Part shown: in pieces, positions 1-10,789 of the stretch
Layout of the letters: each line of letters begins with the position of its first letter
How positions within the stretch are numbered: position 1 is the stretch's first letter
DNA from: Patescibacteria group bacterium
GTDB taxonomy: Bacteria > Patescibacteriota > Patescibacteriia > GWA2-46-9
DNA: 64,000 bases
Assembly: GCA_041660005.1 (NCBI GenBank)
Contig: JBAZXG010000007.1
Coordinates: 72 to 64,071, forward strand
Direction: 5' to 3'
Made by a program: the position numbers and the translations under genes
Notes under the pieces: generated by a model
What the model was told of the DNA's origin: nothing
Seen by the model: the letters and a program-made list of their open reading frames with translations, nothing else
Databases searched by the model: none

Positions 1-3000
1 TTATTGCCCCAGCTGCAACAGATACTTTTGAGCGTTTTAGTAAGAGCTTCTATGTTCAGAACACAGAAGACTTGCCAAGCTGTAGTGTCCGCCTTGGTAA
101 AATGCTTAATTTGAAGCCGGTGGGTGTAGCAGGAGACTTTTCTGGCGACAAAGACAAGGGAGTTATCCTACGCAATGTATCCCTTCGAGAAGCAAGTCTT
201 CATTACGAACTCGCCAGCCAGCTCGACACTGCTAGCTGCACAGGGATAGTTAACAACTCCAGCTGTGTGTTAGCAACGTATCAGACTAACTTTAAATCAC
301 CGGTTGTTAACACGCTTGACGCCGATACCAGCCCTACTGGTACTAAAACACCGAACACCGCCAACCGGCCAGAGTATACCTGCGTTGGTGCTAGCGAGAG
401 CACTTCTGGAAAATGTCGTGGAACTACAATTCAATGTTCAAGTGATAGCGATTGTCAGTTGCATTTTGATGCCAACTTGCTTGTCAAAGTGCAGCCGAGT
501 CGTGAATGTGGCAGCTGGCTTTCTTGTAAAACCTCCCGCGCTATAACTGGTGGTAATGTAACAAAAAATATTTGTCTTGCAGTTGAAGGTTGCGAACAAC
601 TTAATGACAAAGGCGAATGCGTGCGCACAACGGTTGATGTGCCGGATAAGGACCTCACCTATAATGCGGCAACTATTGACCAGCTCAAAGACCGCTCTGG
701 GTATTCAGGCGCGGGTTTCAATTGGGGCAAGGTCTGTTCCAATGATCAGTTAAAGAGTTGTACGAGTGATGCCGATTGTGGTACAGGCGGTCTAGGAAAA
801 TGCACCCTGAGTATACTTCAAGGGTACATCACTCCCGGTTACATGGAGCAAGTTGGTCAGTCAACACCTTTGATCAATAGCAATTTTGAACTACCTAGTC
901 TGCGCGGGGATGCTGTTGGCTGGGTAGGGTGGAACAACGGTCAAAATTTCCGAGTTATTCGTGATCCGGTTACTGCTCAGTCTGTTGGTGTTTCGTACCC
1001 TCGTGAAGGTAAGGCGTTCCTTGAGGTAAATGCCAACCATGACGTTCCTCCGATTTCGGGGCTTGACGCTGCTAACTACAGCAGGTTGGTTAGCGTCTCC
1101 GGGGGCAGTACTTATGTGTTATCCGCGGACATGAATACCCTACATTTCTCGGGTAAGAGTGCTGAAATTAGAGCATATCAGTACGATAAGGATGGAAATA
1201 TAATAACCTATCCTTGCGTTATTGCTGGTAGCAACGAGGTCTGTAATTATTATGCGCTTCTTGATACTGGATCAGGGTTTGATTGGACTGTGCGTACCGA
1301 TAAATTCACAACATTGTCTAACGCGCGTTATATTTCTCTTCAGTTTGCTTGGGTAGATAAAAATGAAGGCGCAGTGGGAGACAAGAATTCCGGCGCGTGG
1401 TATGTGGACGATATTAAACTGCAACCAGCCCTTCAGTACCAGAAGAATCAGTTTTACGATGAAAATAATCTGCCCGCCAGTCATGTTGCTCCTGATTTTC
1501 CGGCCTTACCTTACGAGAACGGTCTTGAAACGCTCGACTATAATTATGCCTCGCAGTCTTGTCGCTTATACCCAGAGCAGTCATCTCTATCCTGCCAGTA
1601 TAATGATAGTAATGGTCTTCGACACAGTGGAAAACTTGGATATTGTCTAGTGCGTGATCCACAGAACAGTAATAACTGCATACAGTGGTGGCCGGTCGAT
1701 AATATTATTGGAGAAGATACTGAACAAGACCGTGTTGGTTACCAAGGTCCAGTTCCGCTTTATTATTGTGCAGAGACCGTAGACAACTTTGTGCCGGTAT
1801 TGTCCAATGGATTCCCGAGCGATTTTCCCGCAATTTATTACGACCATTGGGGTGATCATAATAGTGTGGGTCCTTGGACGCGAGATGTTATTGATGAGAA
1901 AAGCACCATTGTTATTGACTTAGCAACCTCGGGCAATGCTTTGTCGGGTGCACTGAAGGGTATCCCAACCGGAGGAATCGTCAATAAACCAGGTCCGTGT
2001 GTAAAAAATGCTACAACCATTGATGGTATTGAGGGTTGTGAAATTGCGCTCGCGGCTCAGGTAGACGGAAATAACGATAACGAGACCGAATGTGAGTCAG
2101 TGTATGTAAGCAATAGTCCGGGGGATGTGCCAGTAGAGGGTGTGAGTAGTGTTGATTTCAAAGTTGGAGATATCACTCATGCAGAGTATTTGTATGACGC
2201 TAAACCGTTTGGCCAGCGGCGTCCTTACTTCTTTGACCTCAGTGCTGTGCCGCCAGGAAATTATCGGTATCTGAAAATTTTTGATGGATCCGATACGGAT
2301 GCTAACGGAAAGGTTTATAAATGTCAGGCTTCTCGACCAATTTTGTGGGTTCGTCCCAACTTTGCTTGTACAGCGGTTCTTCAGACGGTAGCCAGCGATG
2401 GGTCGAATAAAGCGTATGCAAACCGCGTAAGTCAAGGAAGTAGTGCTAAAATACAGTTTCCTTCTCCGGCTCCAGGCGTCGCCGGAAACCATGTTGAGTA
2501 TGGATGGGAGCAAGATAGCCCGCCGTTTGGTGCCGCTGTCCCTCCTCCGCCGGCGGACGACCCAAGCTCGTGGGATACGAGTACTGATCCTGGACAACAA
2601 GCGTTATTCACGCTGCCACTGGATACTAATGTGACACAGCAAATTTCCCGTGCAGGGGCGCCTTATTCGTGTCGTCAGCCATTAGCAACGGTGCCCGCTT
2701 TTAACTCCAACATGAGTTCAGGAACAACGACTTTTAACTGGCCATTCGGCAATCAACAACCGATGTGCAGCACACTCTACGGTGCCCTTAACACTAACCT
2801 TACACAAGCCAAAGATCTTGTCTCTCAGTTATTTGCTGAATCGTATGGGGCGTGGCAATGGATCAATGGTGCTTATGGTCAAACAAACCCAATAGCGATT
2901 CAATCACCAAAAGATCATTGTACTAATAACAGTCGTGCAACGAGTTCAGTAAGTCCATGTGCTGTGGCTCCTTCGGTAACCAAAATAACACTTGCACCTG

Positions 3001-3476
3001 ATACATCCGTTAAACCAATTAGACAGGTTGGCTCTGTTATGTTGAGTTTTACGACTGTTGCTGATCCCGGTCAGGAACCGATTGTTCGTTATAGTGTCGA
3101 TTGGGGTGATGGATCGCATACCGTGCAAACGGGTCTAAAAATGGCAAGCCACCCGTCGATGCAAAATCCTGTTTCACTTGTACACAGTTATTCCTATGAT
3201 AACGTTGTGAAATGTTCTGCTGAAACAGGACCAAACCGGTGCAATAAAGATGGGTTGATTAAAATAGTGAACGGTAACTACAGTGTGACCCCCCGCGTGC
3301 AGGTCCTTGATAATTGGGGTTGGTGTAATGCGGTGTATGATCAGGCGGCAGCAGACTCGGTAGCAGCCGCAGGGGATCCGCTTTATGGTCAAAATGGATT
3401 TTACGGAAGTTGTGATTTTAATAATGCCGCTGCTTGGCAGCTGTCAGCGGGTTCGGTTATTTTGCAGTCGCAGTAA
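1..3476 (+). CDS. Giant Cys-rich secreted/surface protein, 5'-partial (reading frame open from window edge; >1150 aa)
   Basis: Frame 3 has no stop from position 3 and the ORF ends at 3476. The protein is rich in Cys pairs (CxxC/DSDCQ-like spacing) and has a proline tract (PPPPADDPSSWD) and no TM segments. Its position at the head of the T4SS-like cluster suggests an adhesin-like role. Confidence 0.5.
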   Translation, partial: IAPAATDTFERFSKSFYVQNTEDLPSCSVRLGKMLNLKPVGVAGDFSGDKDKGVILRNVSLREASLHYELASQLDTASCTGIVNNSSCVLATYQTNFKSPVVNTLDADTSPTGTKTPNTANRPEYTCVGASESTSGKCRGTTIQCSSDSDCQLHFDANLLVKVQPSRECGSWLSCKTSRAITGGNVTKNICLAVEGCEQLNDKGECVRTTVDVPDKDLTYNAATIDQLKDRSGYSGAGFNWGKVCSNDQLKSCTSDADCGTGGLGKCTLSILQGYITPGYMEQVGQSTPLINSNFELPSLRGDAVGWVGWNNGQNFRVIRDPVTAQSVGVSYPREGKAFLEVNANHDVPPISGLDAANYSRLVSVSGGSTYVLSADMNTLHFSGKSAEIRAYQYDKDGNIITYPCVIAGSNEVCNYYALLDTGSGFDWTVRTDKFTTLSNARYISLQFAWVDKNEGAVGDKNSGAWYVDDIKLQPALQYQKNQFYDENNLPASHVAPDFPALPYENGLETLDYNYASQSCRLYPEQSSLSCQYNDSNGLRHSGKLGYCLVRDPQNSNNCIQWWPVDNIIGEDTEQDRVGYQGPVPLYYCAETVDNFVPVLSNGFPSDFPAIYYDHWGDHNSVGPWTRDVIDEKSTIVIDLATSGNALSGALKGIPTGGIVNKPGPCVKNATTIDGIEGCEIALAAQVDGNNDNETECESVYVSNSPGDVPVEGVSSVDFKVGDITHAEYLYDAKPFGQRRPYFFDLSAVPPGNYRYLKIFDGSDTDANGKVYKCQASRPILWVRPNFACTAVLQTVASDGSNKAYANRVSQGSSAKIQFPSPAPGVAGNHVEYGWEQDSPPFGAAVPPPPADDPSSWDTSTDPGQQALFTLPLDTNVTQQISRAGAPYSCRQPLATVPAFNSNMSSGTTTFNWPFGNQQPMCSTLYGALNTNLTQAKDLVSQLFAESYGAWQWINGAYGQTNPIAIQSPKDHCTNNSRATSSVSPCAVAPSVTKITLAPDTSVKPIRQVGSVMLSFTTVADPGQEPIVRYSVDWGDGSHTVQTGLKMASHPSMQNPVSLVHSYSYDNVVKCSAETGPNRCNKDGLIKIVNGNYSVTPRVQVLDNWGWCNAVYDQAAADSVAAAGDPLYGQNGFYGSCDFNNAAAWQLSAGSVILQSQ

Positions 3477-3482
3477 ATATTT

Positions 3483-3869
3483 ATGAGCGACGTAATGTCT
3501 CCAAATGTAGATGCGGAACTTTTCAATCGGCAGCAGCCGCAAGGCGAGGACTACGGTGGTGAGCAAAATGGTGAGGCGTCACGTGCGGATACCTTTCGTC
3601 AACAGCAGCAGGAAGCGCGCAGAGCACAGGGAGACGCGCAAAGTCCCAAGAAAGGGACACTGAGTAGTGTTGCGCAAGCCGCGAGTACTCCGTCAGAAAC
3701 CGTTAGCACTGTTAAAAAAGCAGCGCGTCTTTGGAAAATACTATCCGTGCTTGGCGTCGTCCTTTTTAATCCGATTAGCGCGTTCATAGCTGTTGCGTTA
3801 ATTTCTATGGTTGCCTTGCGGGGATTTTGTGAAAGTCACTCAGTTTTGGGGTATATTTTCTGCAAATAG
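3483..3869 (+). CDS. Small membrane protein: Q/E-rich disordered N-terminus plus C-terminal hydrophobic helix or helices
   Basis: Starts 7 nt after the upstream stop. The C-terminus reads LWKILSVLGVVLFNPISAFIAVALISMVAL. A VirB2-like pilin role is possible but unproven. Confidence 0.35.
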   Translation: MSDVMSPNVDAELFNRQQPQGEDYGGEQNGEASRADTFRQQQQEARRAQGDAQSPKKGTLSSVAQAASTPSETVSTVKKAARLWKILSVLGVVLFNPISAFIAVALISMVALRGFCESHSVLGYIFCK

Positions 3870-3871
3870 TT

Positions 3872-6800
3872 ATGCCGAGATTATTTAACCGAAAAAAGTT
3901 ATTTGCCTTTTTCCTTGTCTTAGTTGTAGCGGGTGTGCTATTTGGTGTTGTTGCGTCTTCATTTGCGCAAAGTCCTTCACCGGCACCGACTACTACGTCT
4001 ATCGTGAAGACAGCTTCCGATAATGCCACACCTACTACCTGTTCTTGGCTCAACTTCTCCTGTTGGATTTCGGGCATGCTCTCTACCATCATTGGTCTGT
4101 GTATTACGCTGCTCGGGAAATTACTGACCTTTCTTATCATGGCGGTGATTTTCTTTAGCGAGTACAACGGCTTTATTACCTCTCCAGCCGTTGTGCTTGG
4201 TTGGAATATTGTGCGAGATATTGGCAACATGTTTTTTGTGCTCATTTTACTGCTTATTTCTTTTGGTACGATCCTCAATATTGAACAGTATCAACTGAAG
4301 AGACTGCTTCCAAAGGTACTACTCATGGCCATATTGGTGAACTTCAGCAAACTTATCGCTGGTGTGCTCATTGATTTTTCACAGGTTATCATGCTGACGT
4401 TTGTGAATGCCTATAGTCAGGTAGGCGCTGGAAATTTCGTGGAGGCGTTGAAGTTACAAAATTTATTATCCATAGATACCGCAACAGGGGAAGTTTCTAA
4501 TGGTTGGACTGTGTTTGCCGGTTACTTCTTGGCACTCATCTATATTATCGTAGCTCTTTTTGTTGTCGGTGCGTTTGTGGCAATCGTTGTGGTGCGCATT
4601 GTCTATTTGTGGATGCTCATTATTCTCTCGCCGCTCGTTTACGTTTTGTCTGTGGTGCCTATTGGGCAAAAGTATGCGAGTCAGTGGTGGGAGATGTTTT
4701 CAAAGTATGTCATCGTCGGACCAGTTCTTGCCTTTTTCCTTTGGCTGTCACTCGCGACCTTGCCGAACATTATGACGAACGACAAAGGGTTCGGACCAAC
4801 AGCGACAAGCCAGGATAAATCCGTTGGAGCTGATCCTGACTCCAAAGGACTCATTAGTATTTCTCTTACCGAAGCGGGATCGACGAGTCAACTCGTTGGT
4901 TTCATTGTGAGTATTGGCATGCTGCTTATTTCTTTGCAGTTTGCCATGCAAATTGGCGGCGCTGGCGGCAAAATTGCTGGTGCGGCGTATGGAAAACTTT
5001 CAAGCATGGGCATGAGTGCTGTTCGTGGTCCTGCTAAAGCATTGGGTGGATGGATTAACTCTGAGTGGCAGCAGAGAACGCATGGGTGGACGAGCCCGAA
5101 GCTATGGAAAGAAGCCATTCAGCATTCCCGTGACATTAAACTTAAGAAAGCCACCAAAGGGACGTCAGGTTACCTGCAAGACGTTTTTGAGCATGGTGTT
5201 TTTAAATCGATGGGTCTTCCTAAGGAAAAGCTGAAGGCAGTCATGCATAAGCAGCGCGTTAAAGAAGCACGTGATGAACAGATTGAGCTTGATGAACGAA
5301 ATGCAGTAGCTACCGGTTCATTGGCGAAAGATGAAGCCGATGCAGCATTAGAAGAAGCGCATACCAAAGACACAAAGGTTGCCACGCTTTCAACTGAATT
5401 AGGAGAAGCTATTGCTCCGATTGACGCAGCATTTACGGCTTACGGTTCGAATATTGCCTCAAGCCGGAGTACTCTTGCAGCAAAAGAAGTAGAGCTGGCA
5501 GAGACAGAACAGCGTGTTAACCGTCGTAATGATTTGAGTTCGCGTCGGGTCAGTCTTGCGGGTATATCTCCTGCCGAGCAAACTGAACTGACTGCATTAG
5601 AGGGAACTGCCTCAGTAGATGATAGAAAATTAGGCACGTTGACGCGCTTAAGAAGTGAATATCAGGCAAGAGTTGGTGGAGCAGATGGAGAGAATGACCT
5701 AGCACAAGCTGAGCATGGGGCGCTAATGGTGAAGCAGCTACAAGCAGCTGCTTCTGAAGCGCGTCAAAGGTTTAATGATTATATACGAAATCCCGATCTG
5801 TCGGACCGTACAGATGAGGAGAAAAAAACGTATCGTCGGGAGTTAGAACAGAAAGCAGACGATGCCGACAGTAATGTTGCGTCGGCTAAGATTTCACTTG
5901 CTGGACTGCAGGTGGCAGCACTTCGGAGAAGCAATATTACGACTCCAGAAAAGCAGGCCTTGTTTGACACCGTGTTGAGCAACGCCACAACAAAAGAGCA
6001 GCAGCGTGCTTCTCTGTATCAAGAGTCGCGTCAAACCAAACAGGATGTTGCCGCAGGTAATAGTGCCGCCTTCTTAACCATCGCAGAAAAGAAGGCTGAA
6101 GGAACACGCAACAAGACGCGGGCAGAGCTTAGTTCGATGGATGATGGTGGCTTGAGTGAGCAGGAGGCAAATAGAAAGCTTGAGCGAATTGCGGCATTGA
6201 TTGCAGAAGAGACAAGAACCATTGAACAATTGCAGTCACTCAAGGCTACCGCAACACCAACAGAACAGGAAAGCATGGAAGCGGAAGCAGTACGGCGCAA
6301 GAACCGCAAGGAAGAGCTTGAAAAAGCACAGAATGCGTTACAGTTGTATCAGTTTTCGTTAGCTAATGGGCAGCGGAATGAGGTTGCAGTTGCGCAACTT
6401 GCTCCTGCTGAACAAGAAGTATTTCGTCGTTCGGTTAGCCGGGCTGATGAAATTGTTGACTTTAAGCGGATGACGAAGGAGGAACTGCAGGGGTACCGTG
6501 ATGGGGTGGAAGAAGCAAACGTTCGTGCTGCAGCGCGAGTCAGTGCCATTCGTGAAGAACAGATGGCTCCAAGTTCTCGCCAGGACATAGAAGCGAGGAG
6601 TAAGAAGTCAGATCATCTGAAACACGAAATTGACGAAAAGAAAGCTGAGATTATTGCGTCTATCTTGCCGCGCTACTATCGAGAGCAAGCCCGTCGTGAA
6701 CTGGTAGCTGAAGAAAGTAAGAAGCTGACTACCAGTAACTACCACGAGCTCATTCAGTACTTTAAACAAGCCGAACATGAGGGGGACAAGTATAAAATGA

Positions 6801-7459
6801 GCGCAGTCTTACATAAGCTTACGAATGACTTGAACGAGAACGAACTTACCAATGATCTTGGCTATTCCAGCGACTTTGAGGGTTACAAGCAGTTTTTCGA
6901 AGATCGTTTCATTAATAACAGGAAAATAGGGATGAGCAGAAACGAAGCCCTGGCGCTTGCCTCAGACGTTTCATCTGTTGCCGAAGCAAAAAACCATTGG
7001 GATGTAGCGCGTACCGTTGACCTTGACGCAACTACGGGTAACTTCCGTTGGAAAAATGAAAAAGAGCATGTAACTGAGGTTCTGGCAGAGCTGCAAAAAA
7101 TATCACCTCGCGAAATCGCTAACCGCTTCAATCGTCTTGCCTACGGCGGTGAAGTGCCGGTTCCGGGTGGTCGAAAGTTTAAACTCGGTGCCCTTGGTAC
7201 GTCTATTCTGATGACGCTCGGTCCAGACTTGGCAAACTTCATGAATCGTCACGAGGCAAATAAGAATGCCATTGTTAACATTTACAGTAGTTTTAAGCAG
7301 TATGGTGTACCACAATCACTGGACCTTAAAAGCATGAAGTTTGGTAACACGGATTTAGAAAAGATGATTAAAGAATACTCGCCGTTTAACCCAGACGTTG
7401 GTAAACGCTATGAAGAAGCCGTTCGTGGTTTATCTAATCCGCAACCGTTCGGGGGGTAA
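3872..7459 (+). CDS. VirB6/TrbL-like polytopic membrane protein with a ~800 aa C-terminal coiled-coil extension
   Basis: Signal-like N-terminus followed by at least 6 hydrophobic helices in the first ~400 aa, then a long E/K/A/R/Q-rich helical region. It is tightly packed with neighbours (3 nt gap) and lies upstream of VirB4. Confidence 0.45.
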   Translation: MPRLFNRKKLFAFFLVLVVAGVLFGVVASSFAQSPSPAPTTTSIVKTASDNATPTTCSWLNFSCWISGMLSTIIGLCITLLGKLLTFLIMAVIFFSEYNGFITSPAVVLGWNIVRDIGNMFFVLILLLISFGTILNIEQYQLKRLLPKVLLMAILVNFSKLIAGVLIDFSQVIMLTFVNAYSQVGAGNFVEALKLQNLLSIDTATGEVSNGWTVFAGYFLALIYIIVALFVVGAFVAIVVVRIVYLWMLIILSPLVYVLSVVPIGQKYASQWWEMFSKYVIVGPVLAFFLWLSLATLPNIMTNDKGFGPTATSQDKSVGADPDSKGLISISLTEAGSTSQLVGFIVSIGMLLISLQFAMQIGGAGGKIAGAAYGKLSSMGMSAVRGPAKALGGWINSEWQQRTHGWTSPKLWKEAIQHSRDIKLKKATKGTSGYLQDVFEHGVFKSMGLPKEKLKAVMHKQRVKEARDEQIELDERNAVATGSLAKDEADAALEEAHTKDTKVATLSTELGEAIAPIDAAFTAYGSNIASSRSTLAAKEVELAETEQRVNRRNDLSSRRVSLAGISPAEQTELTALEGTASVDDRKLGTLTRLRSEYQARVGGADGENDLAQAEHGALMVKQLQAAASEARQRFNDYIRNPDLSDRTDEEKKTYRRELEQKADDADSNVASAKISLAGLQVAALRRSNITTPEKQALFDTVLSNATTKEQQRASLYQESRQTKQDVAAGNSAAFLTIAEKKAEGTRNKTRAELSSMDDGGLSEQEANRKLERIAALIAEETRTIEQLQSLKATATPTEQESMEAEAVRRKNRKEELEKAQNALQLYQFSLANGQRNEVAVAQLAPAEQEVFRRSVSRADEIVDFKRMTKEELQGYRDGVEEANVRAAARVSAIREEQMAPSSRQDIEARSKKSDHLKHEIDEKKAEIIASILPRYYREQARRELVAEESKKLTTSNYHELIQYFKQAEHEGDKYKMSAVLHKLTNDLNENELTNDLGYSSDFEGYKQFFEDRFINNRKIGMSRNEALALASDVSSVAEAKNHWDVARTVDLDATTGNFRWKNEKEHVTEVLAELQKISPREIANRFNRLAYGGEVPVPGGRKFKLGALGTSILMTLGPDLANFMNRHEANKNAIVNIYSSFKQYGVPQSLDLKSMKFGNTDLEKMIKEYSPFNPDVGKRYEEAVRGLSNPQPFGG

Positions 7460-7465
7460 CAATTT

Positions 7466-8905
7466 ATGCCAGACACAACATCAAAGCAGGAGTTTCCATT
7501 TGAAGACGTAACCTTTGCTGCTGAGCTAGAGGTAGGTGTTCAATCAGACGGCAAAGAAGACATGATGCAGAGGTTATGCAATCTTGTAGTTTTAATTGAA
7601 GACTATTTCCGGACGCACCCAAATTTTTCTCGCAGTCACGTTGATTTGGCTCTGCGCTATCGTCGCATTATGTATCGCGCCGGTTGGGTGGCGCTGCCGC
7701 TGCTTACTGAGGAACAAATAGCTGAGCTCTTCCGCAATGGGTTTTCTGAAGCGTTTTATTTTGAGAATCTAAACATTATTAGTAAAGTACGCGCTAAACT
7801 CGTAGGGGTTTTACTGCTGGAAGATCGTGATAAGTTAAAGCAAAGAATTCGTCAGGTTCTGCTTGCGAACAGTGAGCGATTTCAACAGGCAACCGATAAG
7901 GAAGTTGTTGGCATACCGCAAACCGTTGGTACGTGGCTCCGCCACTATAATGCCATCATGAACGGACATATTGGCTCGTCCCTTGAGCGCGCGAGTTACT
8001 TTAGTTCTGCTCCAGTCACTAAACTACAACCAGCCGATATTGTTCGGCTAAAGAAACTTACCGAGTTATTTGATTACCTTAAGCTCTCTTCTGAAAATGT
8101 TGAGAGTGACGCGGAAACCTTGAGCTTATCTATGGATGGTCAGCCATATTACGCAAGCGGTAACAAAATAGAGCCAGTGCAAGCAACAAAGTCAATCGAG
8201 GGTATCATAACAAAGATGGAAGAAGCAGGTTTTTTCAAGGAGGACGGGAAGACGGAGTCTGTGGAGCCGTTAGAGGAAACCGGTTCAGTGCCAAAGCAAC
8301 AAGAGCCGCCAGCCAGCGTCATACGGCAACCAGTCACTCCTCAAGAGGTTAAACAAGAAGTTACCTCTGCGAGTTTGGGTAGTATCTTACCGAGCAAACC
8401 GGAACAACGGGTTAAGGATGAGGCTCTGTCGACTACCGTTATGAACGCCCCATCAGTCCTGCAAGGGGCAGAGGTAGCGCAACAGATAAAAATTTGGAGA
8501 GAAACACAAACTGGGTCAAACAAATTACGAGATGAATTATTGGCAGGGTTTCACGCTTCGCGCCGCGTTACTGCTTTGGCCGCACTTTCTTTATTAGCAG
8601 ATCGTGGGGAGTTAAAAAATTTGTTGGTCACTGATGCTCGGTTTGTAAACTTATTAGCAGCCTATTATCACCACATCGGTTATGAGGCAGCAGTGCAGGA
8701 GTTACATCGTTCGCCTCAGGCAACCGAACATCTCATAAGTTTTTTGAGCGTTTTACTTGAAGAGAGACTCCACTTAACGTCTTCAGAAGCCGCTCTTGTT
8801 GGCGTTGAAGTGTCGTCGCTTGTTCGTCAAAAAGACGGGGCATTTTCTCATCTGGCGTATCTTGACGCGAAGACAGGGGAGTATAAATGGTTAGCCAAAA
8901 GTTAA
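7466..8905 (+). CDS. Hypothetical cytoplasmic protein within the T4SS-like cluster
   Basis: 479 aa ORF tightly packed with its neighbours. No recognisable motif. Confidence 0.5.
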   Translation: MPDTTSKQEFPFEDVTFAAELEVGVQSDGKEDMMQRLCNLVVLIEDYFRTHPNFSRSHVDLALRYRRIMYRAGWVALPLLTEEQIAELFRNGFSEAFYFENLNIISKVRAKLVGVLLLEDRDKLKQRIRQVLLANSERFQQATDKEVVGIPQTVGTWLRHYNAIMNGHIGSSLERASYFSSAPVTKLQPADIVRLKKLTELFDYLKLSSENVESDAETLSLSMDGQPYYASGNKIEPVQATKSIEGIITKMEEAGFFKEDGKTESVEPLEETGSVPKQQEPPASVIRQPVTPQEVKQEVTSASLGSILPSKPEQRVKDEALSTTVMNAPSVLQGAEVAQQIKIWRETQTGSNKLRDELLAGFHASRRVTALAALSLLADRGELKNLLVTDARFVNLLAAYYHHIGYEAAVQELHRSPQATEHLISFLSVLLEERLHLTSSEAALVGVEVSSLVRQKDGAFSHLAYLDAKTGEYKWLAKS

Positions 8906-8914
8906 AATAGCGTT

Positions 8915-9634
8915 ATGCATCGGGAATTACTCATTAAACAAAACGATGGATCTTGGAAAATTTGGAAAGACGGGTCTTTAAAAGTGTATATTCCTGAGCA
9001 GCAATCTCTTGGCTCGAACAGCGATACGGAAAATGCAATTGTTAAAAGCGTTCCAAGTAGTGTTGTTATAGGTTCTTCTTCAGCGGCGGAACCATTGCTA
9101 TCGAAAATGCAGAACAGCACACCAGAGCAAGTTGTGCCTTTAGTGTCAAAAAGTCCTGCACTGAACCATGCTCTCACTTTTGTTCATTCAATTGAAGCTG
9201 CTACTCAACCAAGCGCAGAGAAGGTGGAAGATGTTCAGACTGGAAACAGTGTAACTCAGCAAGTTTTTTCTGCTCCTCTGGACGCAACGGTTCGGCGTAA
9301 GATGATGGATGTTCGTTTTCGTCCCACCGCTATTGGCCCGATTGATGAACTACGGCTCATGACCATTGACGAGTTTCGTCATCTTGGTGGCAACATACAA
9401 GAGGTAACCGCGCACCTTTCTCAAAAAATACAGTATTTAGGCGATGATTCTTTTGAACAACTGGCCGCCGGGACGCAGGCATGGCGTCAGAGTCCGGTGT
9501 ACCGAGCGTTTCTTGCGGTTGTCACGGCATCACTTCGAAGCAATAAAACCGTTGCTGATATTTTGCCAACGCAAGAGTTGAGTAAAGATGAGTTTATGGC
9601 GATCCTCAACTTTAACCGAGCACAACTGTTTTAA
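8915..9634 (+). CDS. Hypothetical protein within the T4SS-like cluster
   Basis: 239 aa ORF with 10 nt and 4 nt spacing to its neighbours. Confidence 0.45.
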   Translation: MHRELLIKQNDGSWKIWKDGSLKVYIPEQQSLGSNSDTENAIVKSVPSSVVIGSSSAAEPLLSKMQNSTPEQVVPLVSKSPALNHALTFVHSIEAATQPSAEKVEDVQTGNSVTQQVFSAPLDATVRRKMMDVRFRPTAIGPIDELRLMTIDEFRHLGGNIQEVTAHLSQKIQYLGDDSFEQLAAGTQAWRQSPVYRAFLAVVTASLRSNKTVADILPTQELSKDEFMAILNFNRAQLF

Positions 9635-9637
9635 GTT

Positions 9638-10066
9638 ATGCAGCAATTTGTCGTACCGCAATTTATCGATGAAGAGTCACATATTCTTGGGCCAATATCA
9701 GTACGGCAGTTTTTAATCATGCTTGTCGTTGGCTTTATTATATTTCTCAGCTATCGTCTAGCAGACTTTTCCCTTTTTCTAGTTTTGACTTTTTTTTCTG
9801 TGATTATCGGAGTGACCATAGCCTTTGTGCGGGTCAATGGTCGACCCTTTCACTATTTTCTGTTAAATTTAATACAGACCTTACGGCGACCGCGGTTGCG
9901 TGTGTGGAGGAAGGAGTTTTCAAAGCAGGATATCGAAGCATCGATAGGAAGCAGTGTGCCGGCGGTTGCTTCTGTGGTTACTCACCGTACTCTACCCACA
10001 ACTTCGCGGCTTGCTGAACTTTCTCTCGTTGTTGATACGGGTGGTATTTACCGCGGAGACGCGTAG
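9638..10066 (+). CDS. Small 2-TM membrane protein (VirB3/PrgI-like by position and topology)
   Basis: Two adjacent hydrophobic helices (LIMLVVGFIIFLSY...FLVLTFFSVIIGVTIAFV). It sits immediately upstream of VirB4, as VirB3-like proteins do. Confidence 0.4.
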   Translation: MQQFVVPQFIDEESHILGPISVRQFLIMLVVGFIIFLSYRLADFSLFLVLTFFSVIIGVTIAFVRVNGRPFHYFLLNLIQTLRRPRLRVWRKEFSKQDIEASIGSSVPAVASVVTHRTLPTTSRLAELSLVVDTGGIYRGDA

Positions 10067-10090
10067 ACAGAGAATGTTTAATGAGCTTTT

Positions 10091-10789
10091 GTGGTAAAAC
10101 GAACAGCAAACAAAACAACAATAAGCACCCAGCATTTTTTAGAGATTGCTGAAATTCGTGAAGATGTTGTCATTTTGAAAGATGGTACGCTTCGTGCTGT
10201 GCTCTTGGTGTCTTCTGTGAATTTTGCCCTAAAGTCAGACGACGAGCAGCAAGCTATTATTCAGGGGTATATGAGTTTTTTAAATTCTATCGATTTTTCT
10301 TTGCAAATTGTTGTGCAGTCGCGTCGTTTGAATATCGCCGGGTATCTTGATCACCTGATTGAGGTTGAGAAACAGCAAACAAACGAACTTTTGCGCATGC
10401 AAACGGCACAGTATCGACAGTTTATTCGTGAACTTGTTGAGTTAGGAGAAATCATGAACAAACGGTTTTACGTGGTTGTCCCTTATAATCCGGGTGCTGA
10501 CCAGAAAAAAACATTTCTAAAGCGTCTTGGTGAAACACTGCGCCCGATTTCCATCATTCATTTGAGCCAGGAGCGGTTCCGTCGCAACCGGCATGAACTC
10601 ATGCAGCGTGTGGACCACGTGGCAAGCGGTCTCAACTCTTTGAGTCTTGAAGCAGTGATGCTTGATACGCAGTCTCTGGTTGAGTTGTATTACAGCACGT
10701 ATAATCCTGAGTTGACTAAATTAACACCACTCGTTGATTTGGGAGAGCTGCAGATTGATAGTTCAAATATTATCCCTTCACAGCAATGA
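10091..10789 (+). CDS. VirB4/TrbE N-terminal domain as a separate ORF (split VirB4, part 1)
   Basis: The segment EDVVILKDGTLRAVLLVSSVNFALKSDDEQQAIIQGYMSFLNSIDFSLQIVVQS matches the conserved start of Gram-positive VirB4/TraE N-domains. Its stop overlaps the next start in an ATGA. Confidence 0.55.
   Translation: MVKRTANKTTISTQHFLEIAEIREDVVILKDGTLRAVLLVSSVNFALKSDDEQQAIIQGYMSFLNSIDFSLQIVVQSRRLNIAGYLDHLIEVEKQQTNELLRMQTAQYRQFIRELVELGEIMNKRFYVVVPYNPGADQKKTFLKRLGETLRPISIIHLSQERFRRNRHELMQRVDHVASGLNSLSLEAVMLDTQSLVELYYSTYNPELTKLTPLVDLGELQIDSSNIIPSQQ

Noticed and set aside
4466-7315. Numerous 60-100 aa minus-strand ORFs inside the VirB6-like gene, and similar shadows inside clpC, mgtA, ligA and others
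   Set aside because: These are antisense shadow ORFs within long, well-supported genes, with Ser/Ala/Arg-rich compositions and no independent signals.
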